Below are positions 1 to 13,360 of a stretch of 64,000 nucleotides of DNA, in pieces. The stretch comes from Phaeosaccion multiseriatum. Taxonomy: Eukaryota; Protista; Ochrophyta, other classes. The DNA is taken from positions 2,356,001-2,420,000 of the forward strand of contig OZ218965.1 of NCBI GenBank assembly GCA_965112735.1, written 5' to 3'. The notes below the pieces were generated by a model. It saw only the letters and a program-made list of their open reading frames with translations. It did no database searches and was not told where the DNA came from. Position numbers and translations under genes: made by a program. Within the stretch, counting starts at the first letter, position 1; every line of letters starts with the position of its first letter.

Positions 1-110
1 TGGACTAACTGAGGCTGCTGATCCTCTGCAGAACTTGGATAAAAGTCGTCTTATGCGCGAATGTGTGCTCTATTTCCCGTGGGTGTTGTGTGCATGTTCT
101 CTGGCGCAGG

Positions 111-1541
111 GAGAGTACCTAAGCGACAGCAGCGATGGGAGCGGTGTAGAGACTCGCCGTGGCGTCGTCCCGGTGAGTACAGGAGAGGACGAGGCAGGCA
201 AAAGCGCTGGGGCTACTCGGAGCAGGAAAGGGGACTCTGCTGTTCAGGCAGGCAGGGGACATGAGACGGAACAGAATGATTCGATGTCTCTGCATTGGGA
301 GGGCCCCCACCACGGCCCCCGACCTCGCCTGATACAACGCCTAAACGACCCCTCCACTTTCTCCCGCTACGCCTCTCCCCACCCCCCTCCAGAGGGGCCC
401 CCTGCTGAACCTGTTTCTGACGGTGAGCGCGTGCACCGTGACGGTGGCTCTCGGCGTGGCTGTGGCGCAAGTGCTCATCGTCGTGTATCTGCGCAACGTC
501 CTCAGTGGTGCGTGCGTGCGTGTGTACGTGCATCGAACAGATTACCTGTGGATGGCACTGGAGGGAGGGGGGATATCCGCTACTGCTGCTTCTGCTGCTG
601 AAAATTGAATGCACCCCCCGCCCCTCCCCCTCTTTCACCTGCCCCTGCCTGCCCCTGGCTGATAGTGTTCTCCATGGCCCTGCGCGTGTACAACGTGCTC
701 TTCTGCTTCATCATCATCTTCACGGAGCTGGGCTGGACCAAGCTGAGCAAGAACCTCGGGCTGCTCCAGAACTGGCTCATGCGCGGGATCGCGTACGCCT
801 TGTGAGTGGCCCACTTTGGAAAGGAGGGGGGGTGGAGGGAGCTCCGAAGACGGACAAAGGACTTCAAAGGTGCATGCGTTTTCTGCCTTCGTGGAATCGA
901 ATCTGCACCTCCTGGGCTAGAGGGGGTCTCTCTCACTCACTCACTCACTCACTCACTCACTCACTCACTCACTCACTCACTCACTCACTCACTCACTCCC
1001 TCACCCCCCTGTCGTGCCCTGCCCCCCCGCTGCCCTTCAGCGTGGCGCTCCTGACTCTCGAGGAGGCCAAGGAGAGAGACTTGCCCGAGGGGGCGGCGAC
1101 GCTCTACGTGGAGGCTATCGCATACGCCCTGCTGGGGGTAGGCGGGCTCTACGCCCTCATGGGGTGAGCAGCGCGGGGGGATGGCAGTGGATGGGGGGGG
1201 GGGGGGGGGGGTCAGTGAGCAAGTGATTGGGGGGGTGAGGGCGCTTAGTATCTCGCTGGTGCTATGAATAGTCTTTCCCCAGGCACTCTGCTGCGATCTA
1301 AGACTCTGTGGGGTGGTCTCGCTTTCCTCTCTCTGTGTCTGTCTGTCTCTCTCTCCCCGTGCGTGTGCCTGTTACGTTCCTGTTACGTACCTCCCTCCCG
1401 TATGCCCCCAGGCTGTGCTGCCTGCACGCCCTTCGCGAGCGTGAGGAGGAGAGCTACATGAAGCTGGTGGAGCATCAAAGGAGGGTCCAGGCCCTCGAGG
1501 CCCACGACGACACAGGAGACGACGACAGCACGTTCCAATGA
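111..1541 (+). CDS. Multi-exon small multipass membrane protein, COPI-associated/Tvp15-like; 5' end probably upstream or uncertain
   Basis: Spliceable hydrophobic exons: about 392-508 (LLNLFLTVSACTVTVALGVAVAQVLIVVYL), 666-801 (ALRVYNVLFCFIIIFTELGW..LLQNWLMRGIAY), 1041-1164 and 1412-1541 (stop). Mostly GT-AG boundaries. The pattern resembles the COPI_assoc family from memory. Confidence 0.55.
931..1003 (+). repeat. (TCAC)n intronic microsatellite
   Basis: Direct reading. Confidence 0.95.
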
Positions 1542-1662
1542 GGCAGGTCCTTCAAGGAGATGACGCCAGCACCTCCCCAGCGGGGAAGGAGGGATGTAGG
1601 GTTTCCGCTTCCACAAGGCGCGACAGTTTGAAGGGAGGCCCCTCGCCTCACACGCCGGCGGG

Positions 1663-1713
1663 GCTTAGGGTTAGCTCCATTAGGGTTAGGCTTAGGCTTA
1701 GGCTTAGGGTTAG
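1663..1713 (+). repeat. Short degenerate interstitial telomere-like tract (TTAGGG/TTAGGC)
   Basis: gcttagggttagctccattagggttaggcttaggcttaggcttagggttag. Confidence 0.8.
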
Positions 1714-2633
1714 CTCCCGGCCGGGAGGGGCGTGTGTGCCTGGTGTTGCGGAGGGACACAGAGCTTGAAGGCTGCCCACCTGGGTAAGCGGAGGCTCTGC
1801 TGTCCCCCTGGGTTAAGTCAAGGCCTGGCCCGGTTGAACACGCCCATGCCCATATGCCCGGCGTGTGGCGTGTGGCAGCCGCTATGGCACTACAAGCCCT
1901 CCGGGGCGCTTCGTTCGCAGAGAGAAGCGAGGAGCTGGCGCGCCTCGTCGCCAAGCACCGCGAGCCCCGAGGGTGCCCTCTCGCAGGCCCCTCCAGGGTC
2001 CCAAGAGAGACCTGGCCTGGCTTCGGCTGGCCTGGCTCGGCTCAGCGGAACAGGCGAGGAGGGACACACGAGCTCAACCTCAGCTGCGCAACGCGGCACC
2101 TCTCTACTTGTTACTCGCTGAGTTCGGCCGGTGCAGACCCGGCTTTCTCGGGGGGGACTTCAGTCGAAGCGATGTGAGGAAAGGCCTTAGTAGCAAGCAA
2201 AGGCAGCCTTAGCCAAACAGCCTTAGCCAAGACAGCCTTAGCCAAGACAGCCTTTAGCAGCGTGGCGACAGAACAAGGCCCTCCTCCGCAGCGCAGCGAC
2301 GCGAGAGAGAGGGGCCCGAGAGGGAGGGGCATGGCAGCGGGGGGCAGCCCAGTGTGGAGCTGTGACGTCATCGCGTGGCAGGCAGGGGAGACGTTCAGCA
2401 GACGCCACTGAGACTTGCTTTCACTTGTTGAGCTTGAGCTTGTTGGGAGAGCATGACAGCCGGCACCAACCGCAAGTCAAGGACACACGTCGCTGTATTT
2501 TTTTCTCTTTTTTTTCCCTGGGCACGACTGGTCCTGCAAAATGCACGGAGGGAAAGTGCCATGTTCTCTGCCGTTGTGTTTGACGGAAAAAGAAAAGAGT
2601 GTCACAGCTGCTAACGGACCGCCTCGGCTCTGC

Positions 2634-2732
2634 CGTGCCCATGTGCCTGCCCATGTGCCTGCCCATATGCCTGCCCATATGCCTGCCCATGTACCTGCCC
2701 ATGTGCCTGCCCATATGCCTGCCCGCTGTGCC
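2634..2732 (+). repeat. 12-bp tandem repeat (GTGCCTGCCCAT)n
   Basis: About 8 near-identical units. Confidence 0.9.
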
Positions 2733-3570
2733 CGTAGCCTCGGGTCATGACCGTTTTGGTCCCAAAAGTTTTATAGGCTCCACCCCCACTCCCCTCTCCA
2801 GCGTGCTGCCCTTGACCCCAGTGATGCTCCTCCTCCTTCTCCTCCTTCTCCTTCTCCTCCTCCTCCTCCTCCCCTGCCCGTCCCGCCTCCGGGCCGCCCA
2901 GCTGCATTTCCCTTGCGCTGACCGCCTCGAACATACCCATATGCTTGCCCCCGTCCAGCTCGAACCGTTTGCAGCGCGGATCGGAGCCTGCGCTAAGCTT
3001 GCCCCCCCCCCCCGCGCACAAGATGGCTCTGGTCCCGTCCGCTGCTGCGATGAGAGCCTCCTGCGGTAGCACCCGCGCCTCCCTCCGCGCAACCCCCCTG
3101 TAGCCCCACACCGCGCCGCCAGCACCTCCAGCACCTCCAGCACCTGTCCCCTCCCCCACCAGGAGTAGCGCCCTCTTTCCTTTATGCCCGGCCTCCTGCC
3201 GTGACCTTGCTGCTGCTACCGCTGCTGCCTCTCCGCTGCCCCTGCACCACGAAGGCCTCCCCTTCATTACCGTTCCCCTCTTGCCGCAAGAGTCCCGCTG
3301 CTTCCCGCCGTAGCCCCACCCCCCCGGGCTTCCACCTCCGCCCCCTTCTCCCTCAGGCCCTGCCCTTCGGACCTGCATGTCGTCCACCACCCCGTCCCTC
3401 AAAGCTCCGGATGGCAGCAGAGGGCCTGCGCTGAAGAGCGTGTCTCGCAGCTCCTCCGAGCCGTCGCCTCCCTCTTCTTCCTCCTTTGGGGCCTGACACC
3501 AACAGCACAGCAACGCACAGGGAGGAGCGAGCACAGAGATGCATGAGAGTCCTGTCTGTTTACCTGTACT

Positions 3571-4605
3571 CTACCCTACCCTGCCCATACACCTCCACCC
3601 CGCCCTGCCCTGCCCATGTACCTCTAACCTGTCCAGCCCTTCCCACATACCTCCCTGCCTCACCTCTGCTGCCTCCCCCCGCCGCCGCTCCCGCCCTCTC
3701 TGCAGCGTGCTTTCCTTCACGGGCACCACGGCGAGGCCTTTGTGGTGCTTGACCTTGCCGAAGCACTTGATGCAGTACGGGGCACGGCAATCGGGGCACC
3801 ACAGCGCCGCAGACGACCGCCGACAGAGGCAGCAAGGGATGGCTGCCTCCTCCTCCCCCCCCTCCTCCTCCTCCTCCTCCTCCTCCTCCTCCTCCTCGCC
3901 TCTGCGCCTGAGCTGCTGTACCCTCCCCTGCCGCGCTGTGCTAGGGACTCCTTCCCCCGCCATAGCCGACGAGTGGCGCACGACTTGTCCTCCTCCGCCA
4001 CCGCCGTTCATGTTTGGAAACTGAGCTCGATCTCCTTGCTCCCCCCCGTCCCTCGGAGTGGAGGCTCCTCCTCCCCCCTCCCCTCCCCAGGACTGCTGCA
4101 TCTTGGTCTCGGCGCTGGTGCTCCCGCTCAGGTCGCGGTAGTGGCCCTCCCCGCCTGCCTTTGCCCCTCCCTCCCCTCCCTCCCCTCCCTCCCCTCCCTC
4201 CCCTCCCTCCTCTCCCTCCCCTCCCTCCTCTCGCGCCGAGGAGAGGGCCTTCTCCTCTGCCCGGAAGTTCATGGGCCGCACCTTGCCGCCAATCTGCACT
4301 CTCCTCCTCCTCACCGCTAGCTGCCTCATGTGCGCCTGTACCAGCAACGCCGCTTCCCCCGTGCTCATGGCCTTCTTTGCCCCCACGTGCTGCCACTCGG
4401 GCAGAGCCGCCACAGGCACGGAGCCATCAGAGCCGTCACTGTCCTCCTGTTTGCTCCTCCCGAGACTGAGACTGAGCCGCTTCGTCTGCATGAGGTTGCA
4501 TGTGTGCTCGGGCCTTGCGTCCGCCAAGGGCTTGCAGCGCCTGACCCAGGCGGGGGGCCACTCCCTGTACGGCACCACCGTGCTGTTCACCATGTTGTCC
4601 GTGTC

Positions 4606-4641
<36 letters not shown>

Positions 4642-5733
4642 CTCGTTGCCAGGGCCATGGCCCAGCAGCGCCCTACCCCCTCCTCCCGCCGCGGCGGGGT
4701 GCTGGAGAGGCTGGGGGCGCGGTGCAGAAGGGCCTGTCGCGGCCCCCGTCCCGAAGAAGGAGCCCATGCCCGGCACGGAGCTCTCTACGCTCTCCCCTGC
4801 CTCCTCCACCCTACCCTGGCACATGTCCACGGGCCCCTGGAGAGGCGCTGCCTCTGCCCCTCCCGACGGAGACGGGTGCTGCGAGCGGTGCGCATCGAGC
4901 AAGCGGCTGGTGGGCTGGTGGCCCCCTCTCTGGGCCGGGAAAAGCAAAGAGTCCGCCGCGCTGCCAGCGGGCTGAGACAGGTGAGAGAGGCTTGTGGACT
5001 GGTACCAGCTGGCGGAGGCGCCTTCCATGAGCGGGAGAGAGCCCAGCAGGGCCTGGCCCGATGTCCCGGCCCCTCCCTTGGATGCACCGCCCAGGCTTGA
5101 CCCCCCTCGGCTTCCTGCCCCGCTCCCTGATGATGCCTGCCTTGCCCCCCCTTCCCGGCTTTTTGGTCCACCCGGCCCCCCTGCACTGGCGGGGCTCGGG
5201 CTGACCCTGGCGCCGCCCCCCAGTATCCTTGCTGCCGCTGCCTTCACCGCCGCCGCTGCTTGCTCCTCCTCCTCTCGCCGGGCCAGGATTTGGTTTGCCA
5301 GCGCCACAAAGGCCCCCCCTCCCTTGCTCAGCAGCCCCAGTCGCTCCATCAACAGTCCCCAAGCCACCGTGAAGCGGTCGCTCGTGAGGGAAGAGCAGCC
5401 CATAGAGTGTCGTACCCACTCCTGCTCGGCCTCATCCGCCATCTCAGCCTCCGTCAGCACAATATGCCCTTCGTCATGGGCGACCTTTAGAGTACGCGTC
5501 AATAGCCCGATGTAGGTGGGCTTCCCCATGCACACGGCGTCCCCCTGCTTGGCTATGCGCATCGAGCTCTTCCACAGGTCCTTGAGCGCCTGCCGCACCT
5601 GGGGCTTCTGCATCACGGCCTGCCTCTCGTCCGCCGTCCATTGCCTCCCCCCTCTTGGGTCGTGATCGTACCCGTCCCAGGAGCCGAGAGACACGTCGTC
5701 TCCCCCCCCCCGCCCCAAGCTGTAGGCCCCCAT
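3571..5733 (-). CDS. Low-complexity protein with IQ-like motif and B-box-type zinc finger; probably spliced to further 3' exons at about 2.9-3.5 kb
   Basis: 720-aa ORF from ATG 5733. Contains AALLVQAHMRQLAVRRR (IQ-like) and CCLCRRSSAALWCPDCRAPYCIKCFGKVKHH (B-box-like). Confidence 0.65.
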
Positions 5734-5865
5734 CTTCTCTGATGAATAAAAAAATGCTAGAAAACATCAAAACAAGCTCCGGCGGCGGCGAAACTGTCAA
5801 ATGACTTACTGTACTTGGCCGTTCTCCCCCTCTGCGACTGGCTTGAAAGCTTCAAAGGACATGAG

Positions 5866-8800
5866 ATGAGGGAAATTGAGCCCTTGTTGATCCCCATAAA
5901 CGGCCATGCATACAGGGAAGTAAGCAGCAGCCGGGGCTCATCCCTGCCTCGGCTGCTGTGCGTCCTCATGCTCAACTTCGCGTGCCTGCTGCTGCCACTG
6001 CTCGCAGAGGCAAGCAACTCCCTTCTTGCTGTCCAGGGGCACGACTTCCATGTCGAAGGGAGAACACGGGTGGGGCATGGAGGGACGGTGGGCCGGCAGC
6101 AGCAGCAGCGGCGGCGGCGGCAGCAGCAGCAGGAGCAGGACCTTGGCAGGCTCAACGTGACAGAAGTGCCAGTGGCCGACTCTCCTGCGTCGCTCGCACT
6201 GGCCTTCGAGTGGAATGGGGAGTCCTTTGACGCCACCCTCGCACATGACCCTCAGTCGGCGCAGCTGCTTCCGGGGGCCATGCTCAGAGCCACCCCCGGT
6301 GGGGGCGAGAGGCCAGTCCGCCCCACATTGTACTCGGGCAAGGCCGTGCGGCGTGGGGCTGGGGACGGACAAGCGGGGCTCGCCGCGGCAATGGAGCTTG
6401 GCGGAGGAGACTACGCCCTGAGTTTTCAGTGGGACGGAGAAACGCACGTTGTTTTGCCGCGCTGGTACGAGGGGCAGCGAGGAGGCGCAGACGTCCGGGG
6501 GGCGCCCGAGAACCGGGCAACTCACGTGATCAGTCGGGCCTTAGGGGGCGGCGAGGCCGAGGTAGCCGCGGGAGGAGGCAGTGAGTGTGAGGGGCCGCTC
6601 TTCGCAGGCTGCCCGGCCTCCACGAAGACCCTCCAGGTGGGCGTGTTGGTGGACGCGGGGTACGCCAAGGCCCTCACGGGATACGGCACAGACCCAAGTG
6701 GCAACGAGTACAGCAAGTACCGCTCAGGGGCAGGGGGAGGAGTTGTCACCGCCTCCAGCGCCGTGGCGCAGGTGGAGGCGCACGTGCAGAGCAGTTTTGG
6801 GCTCATCAACGCGCTCCTCACCCCAAGGACCAACGTGGTGCTCCAGCTGGCGAGGCTCGAGGTCAGGCTGGAGGCGCACTCGCACTTGGAGGGGGGGGGT
6901 GGGAGTGAGGAAGCATGGAATCAGGAGCCGCTGGACATCACAAGGGCCGGACTGGACAGGGCGGCGTGGGGCTGCCCGAGCAGCACGGAGGGGGGGCTTG
7001 GCGCTCCAGGGGCGGGGCCGCAAGCTGACCACCTCAAGGTCAGCAGGGCGGCGCAAGCCCGTGTGTGTGTGTGTGTGTGCATGTGTGTGTGTGCATAGGA
7101 GTGTGTGTGTGTGCATAGGAGTGTGTGATGTGTGCGTCTGTGTATGTGTTTGAACACATGTGCGAGGCAGAGGCTGCCCTTCTGCTGAGTCTCACTCTGT
7201 CATCATGCCCTGTGTCCGCCCGGCCTTCTGTCCGACTAAACTGTCCCCCCTCAGACTCTGGAGCACCTCTCGCGCTGGAGATGGACACGGCCCAGGGACC
7301 AGCAGTTCGGTACGTAGTCGCTACTTGGTACATGGGAGTTGCTCAGTCGACGGTTGAAGGAGACCTTACGAGAGGCCTCCTCTGCTGCCTGCTCTCCCTC
7401 GCACACGACACGAGACCGGTCCTGCTCCATGTCCGTGATTGATCGATCGATCCGGCGGTGTCTGCTGTAGCTACACCTCATGCCTGCAGCCTTTGTGGAG
7501 CCTCTGTGGAGCCTCTGTGGAGCCTCTGTGGAGCCTTTGAGTGCCTACCCCTTCCTCTGCCTCTGTTGATTTGGCCAATTTCCCGCTCCGTGCCCGCCCT
7601 CACGCGCCAACGCGCTCCAACACACGCCCATACATGCCCACAGGCCTCTGGCACCTGCTCACCAACTGCTACAGCGGCGATCCCAGCGAAGGCAGCGGCC
7701 CTGCCCCGAGCGGTATGGGGACTGAGGGTGTGAGCAGTATCGGGGTCATAATCGACGGTCTGAGCTACGAGGCGGCCGCCTGTGATGATGGCAGAGCCGT
7801 GGGATGGAGCTCGCTCCCTCCCCCCTCGCAGGACGCCGCTGGGAGTGAGCCCCCCGGATGGCAGCTGATGGGCAGGGAGATAGGCCGGAGCTTGGGCGGG
7901 GACGACTGGCTGAGTGTGGCGAGTCAGCGGAGTATGTGCAGCAGCATCGGGTACAAGCTCGAGGACTGCTTCGTGGTGAGTTTCAAAAGTCAAGAGGGCC
8001 GGCAGAACGAAGGACTCATCCACCCATCCGCCCATGTGCTGCTTTTTCTCCTCTCTTGTGCTCTGCTCTGCTCAGCCCTGCCCTGCCCTGCTCTGCTAAT
8101 GACGTCATGCTGCTGTGCCCCGCCCCCCCAGGACGCCCGCCCAGACTGCACCGTCGGATCTTCGGAGCCGCTCGGCGAGGCGTGTGGCGAGGATGGGGAG
8201 TGCCAGTCTCTCCCACCGTCAGCTGCCATCCGCTCCGTCCCGTTGGTCCCCTCCCCTGACTGTGCCCTCCACCGACACAGAGCGCTCCACGCGCGACGCA
8301 GACGCAGCGCTGCCGTATCACCACTGGCTGTTGTATCACCAACTGCTGTGACGGTGTTCGCCCCTTTCCGCGACGAGGTGTTGCGTGTGGGCAGCTCTGC
8401 GCTTCTCTCGTGGACCTCTCCGGCGGTGGGGGGCTCCTCTCCGAAGGTTGCGCTGTACCTCAAGGCCCTGTCCCCCGGGGCCGCATCGCCACAGCAAAGA
8501 CAAGGCGAGGGGAAGGCTCGGCTACTCACGGCCTCGGCGCTAGGGAGCGGGGGGACACATCACTTGCTGTGGGAGGTGCGGCCCATCGACGACGTCCTGG
8601 GGTGAGAGCGAAGGAGCGAAAGACAGGGTCAGGGTCAGGGTCAGGGTCAGGGTCAGGGCCATGGTCAGGGTCAGGGTCAGAGTCAGGGCCAGGGTCAGGG
8701 TCAGGGTCAGAGTCAGGGCCAGGGTCAGGGTCAGGTTCAGTTTCAGTGTCACGACCAGGGCAACGGTCAGGATCAGGGTAGTCTGTCTCTTGTCAAGGCA

Positions 8801-11800
8801 CGCGCAGAGAAATGGGCTCCCCCCCCCCCTGGGGCCGGGCATATGGTGAAAGGATCCCGCTGCTTCCCCTACACCCATCCCGGGGGAGAACAGGACACGC
8901 CTGAGGAAGCATCACTGTTCGCTGACACTCCTCTCCCCCCCCCCCCCCTCCACTACCCTCCTCTTCCTCTTCCTCCTCCTGCTACTGCTGCTGCTGCTCC
9001 AGCTACTATGTGATCGAGCTGCTGTACACCCCTTCCTCCTCCTCCTCCTCCTCCTCCTCCTCCTCCTCCTCCTCCTCCTCCTCCTCCCCGCTCGGCTCTG
9101 GCCCCATGGTCGTGCAAAGCGCCCCCTTCGTGCTTGAGGCGGCGAGGGCCCTCGAGTTCACTGACTTACTGGAGCCGCCCCCAGAGGACGGCCAGGAGCG
9201 CCGTGCAGCGTGGACCTCCCAGGGGGGCATCGAGAGCGTCTCACTATCTCTCCACAGGCACAGGCATCGAGAGGACGAGGACGAGGTGAGTGTGCATGCT
9301 TCCCTTCTGCTTCAGTGCTTCCCTCCTCCTTCAGTGCGAGTGGCCGCTTCAGAGGCCTGCTTCCGCTTCGCTCTGTCGCTCGAGAGGCGGCCCCGGTATA
9401 TGCCATGACGCCCACCCGCACAGCTCCAATCGCCAAGGAGGGGCTCGAATGTCCCTCTTGGTCTTCCACCTCGTCAACATCCGTTATCATTCGCCCCTTC
9501 CCCGCTGACTCTCGACTGCACGCCCCTCCATTCCTTCCCGTTCCCCTCCCCTCCCCAGCCCGAGGCCGCTCCTTTGGATCTAGGAATGTATCCCGCCGGC
9601 CTGGGCAGTACAGGTGTGCGCTGGGTGGTGCCCAGCAGCCTGCTCGCCCCCTCGGGACAGACAAAGCCTGAGGCTGCGCTCTACTCGCTGCGCGTCTCGT
9701 CGGCGGAGCACTACAGACAGAAACAGGTGTGTCCCGGGGAGGCATTGCCCCGAGGGGGCATTGTCCCAAGGGGGAAGCAGAGCTGGCCTCGCTGCGGCTG
9801 CTGTGCTGCTGAGGTCTGACCCTAACCCTCCACGCGCTTGGGCCGCCCATATCCACTTTCGTACCCAACATTCCGCCGTCCTACCCACCCCACAGGTGCA
9901 TGCCGACTCGGAGCCCTTCCTGGTGCTTGCCCCCTCCGCTGCTGCTGGTGATGTAGCTGAGCTGCGCTTCCTCAGCCCCACCCTCAACGCCTTCATCCCC
10001 AGGGGGGCTGCCTTCCGAGTGTCTTGGAGCAGCCCCCTCTCGGGCCAGGTCAAGGTAAGCCCTACGCCGTGGCCACCATGACCACCATGACCACCATGAC
10101 CACCATGACCACCATGACCACTGGGCCACTGGACCGGCCGCGCTGCCTCAATTCCCTCTCCTTATATCTCAGTCCTCCACTTACATCCCCTCCACTGCCA
10201 TCCCCTCCACTGCCCCCCCCCCCAGCTCACACTACGCAACATATGGCGCAAAGACCCCGTTTCCACCCTGCTGGAGTCTTGGAGCACCAACTCCTTCGTG
10301 TGGCACGTGGACCCCGGCCTAAGCACGGGCTCGGGCTACTTCCTCTCCCTGTCTGTGTCTCTGCCGCTGGCTCCTGCTGAGGCTGCCTCTGCCTCTGCCT
10401 CTGCCTCTGCTGACTCGGCGGCGCCCATCCTCACTGCTGTGTCGGGGCTGTTCAGCGTGACTCCCCTGCAGCCGAGACTCAGGCTCAATGACGCCTTCGC
10501 GGGACAGGGCGGCGACGTGTGGGTGTCCGGCAGCATGGCGACTGTGGGGTTCGTGAGCCAGGGGCCGGTGAGTGAGTGAGTAAGGGAGTGACTGACTGAG
10601 TGAGTGAGTGAGTGAGTGAGTGAGTGAGGGAGGGAGGGAGGGAGGGAGAGAGGGAGCGAGTGAGGGAGGGAGGGAGGGAGGGAAGGAGTGAGTGAGTGAG
10701 TGAGTGAGTGAGTGAGTGAGTGAGTGAGTGAGTGAGTGATCCAGGGGCGTGAGTGAGTCAGTGAGTCAGTGAGTCAGTGCGGCTTCAATCGAATAGAGCG
10801 CTCTTTCTGTGCAGCTCACTCCACGTCCCTCTTCGCCCCTGCTGCTGTGTTCTGCCCCCCATCCGCTGCCACCCCCCATCCCCACGTCCACTGCCATCCC
10901 CCCTCAGGTGGGCGAGGTCCGTGTGGAGCTGCTGCACGACGACGAGCAAGGCCCGCTGCACTACCGCACTCACACGCTGCTCCAGGACTTGGGCTCCGAT
11001 GACGACCCGCTGTCCCTGCAGCTGCCGCCCGCTCTGCCTCCCTCGCTGCCGGACGGGGACGGTTACGTGCTCCGCCTCACGCCTCTGCGCCACCCCCAGG
11101 CCAGGGCCACGAGCAAGCCCTTCCGCGTGTCGAGCCGCGTGCCCTCGAGCTGGGAGAGAGAGGCGCCCCTCCTGTCATTGCTTGGGTCTTTTGAGGAGGC
11201 CCAAGCGGGCCAAGAGGGCCCGGTTTCCTCAAGGAGCGCGAGTGCGGTCCTGACGATACCCCCAGGACGAGGCGGAGAGCAGGACGGGGACGGGGACGGG
11301 GACGGGGAGGGGGAGGGCAGCGCACGCGCACCAGCACCCGTGGCGTTGACAGCGGGGGTGGAGGCTTCCCTGCGGTGGCTGAGCAGGCACGTACCCACGG
11401 TGAATGCGGCTCTACTCGGCCCCGACGGAGCCGAGCTGCTCCTCCTCCTCGACGGGGCAGGCAACCAGGGCCACCTCACGCTCGAGCTTCCCTTCCTCTC
11501 CGGAGAGGGAGGGGGCGAGGGCAAGGGCAGGGGGAGGAGAGAGAGCCAACGGGAGAGCCTTGCTTTGGCCATGGCGTCGGCGTCTGTGCCGGTGTCCGCG
11601 TCGGCATGCGCGAGTGGTAGGGGCACCCCCGCCGCGCTGGCCCTCTCCTCCGCCACTTTCAGGTACGGTATAGTCGTGCGGTGTGTGCCGCCGGGGGCTC
11701 CGCTCTATGCGAAAGAGTCCAAGTCCTTGCTGTTGCCCACCACTCTGACTTGGCTGCTCCATCACCAACTGCTGCTGTCCTCACCAACTGCTGCTGCTGG

Positions 11801-13313
11801 TGCCCCTTCGGGCCCTCCCTCAGTGTGCGCGTGTGGAGCTCCGTGGACGAGTCTGTGGGTTTCCGCTCCCCTCCGTTCTCTGTGCAGTGCCCGGCCTTGG
11901 ATGACCAACACGTCTCCCTAACGGTGCAGCTCGCCTCTCCGTCTCCCGTGTGGGGGGTCGGCTCCACTCAGCAGGTGAGACTCTTCTGCCCGCCATGTAG
12001 TGCCATCTGCTGCCTCGCCCCCTCCCTTCAATGCCCTTCTGACCTGCCCTCCCCCTCCCCCCGTGGCAGATATCTTGGAGCTCGAGGGGCGTGTCTCGGC
12101 CTGTGCGCCTCTCCCTCAAAGTGGAGCAACGCCAGAGCTCCGACAGGGGCTGGAGCGCCCCCGCCCCCCCCCCCGCCGCGGTGGTGGTGCTGGCGGACGG
12201 GCTGGCCAGCAAGGGGACCATGGCGTGGACCGTGCAGCTGCCAGAAGGCCTCGAGGGTAGTATGGATGACTTGTTTTTCTCGCCGCTGCCGGGCAAGAGC
12301 CCTTTCCGCGGCACGCTGACGGCAAGCGTGGCCGACGAGACGGACATTGGGGCCGAGGTCGAGGCAGAGGTCAGTGTCGATATCGAGATGCCTCCTGCGC
12401 TGCGCTTCGAGGGCAGGGCCGCCAACGCGTCTGTGGAGGAGTGGGATAAGGGAGGCGTGTACGAGGTGGAGTGGCGCACGGCGGGCGGAAAGGACTTTGA
12501 GGTAGGTAGGGTAGGGTAGGGTGGAGACAAGCGGTAAAGGGGTGGCCCCGCTTGTATACCTATCTGAGGCAGTCGAATACCCTTCCTCCCCCAATCCCTT
12601 TGCGGTGTTGGAGCAGGTCCAGCTGCAGCTGTTCCAAGGTACCCCGCGGGCGCGCACGACAGACGGACGCGACTGTGTCGCCCCTCGCACGGCAACAAGT
12701 AACGCCACTGGCGGCAGTCGCAGCCCGGCAGAGGAGGTGTGTCTCCCCCACCCGCTGAGCCCACGGCACGGCCGCTGCTTGGCGCAAGGGGAGGGCGAGG
12801 GGGAGGGGGGTGGACTGCAATTGACCCCCTGTGCGGAGGAGAGCGCTTCGATGCAGCTGCTGCTAGTACCGCCGCCCCTCGCGGAGGGCCAACAGCAGCC
12901 TGCGGCGGGAGGGAGGGACACGCTCCCCAGCAGCGAGGGCAAGTGGAGGGTGGTGCTGCCCAGGGACGAGCAGGCGCTGCCCCCGGTGGGAGACAGCGGC
13001 TTCTTCTGGAGGGTGAGTGGGCGGCGCTTTGGAGGAGGAAGCTCTTCGGGCGAAACTTGGCCACCTTCTTGCTTGTGCATGCCGACCCTCCCCGTTGAGG
13101 GTGGCCTCTCCCTTCTCTAGTCTCATCATCCCCTCCCCGCCCCGACCCGTGCAGCTGGTGTCCACCACAGACCCCGAGGTGTACGCGTTGAGTCCTCCCT
13201 TCTCTATCGGAGTGGGCGCCTCTTACTTGTCCTTCGACCTCCCCACGGCAACAGAGGGGGTGGTGGCGGCTGTGGCGGCTCTCGCGGGCATCGAAGAGAG
13301 TCGGCTCGTTCAA

Positions 13314-13360
<47 letters not shown>

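Noticed and set aside
1732-2400. Possible gene or element between the first two genes, including 15-bp cagccttagccaaga repeats
   Set aside because: No recognisable motifs, termini or TSD; cannot be supported
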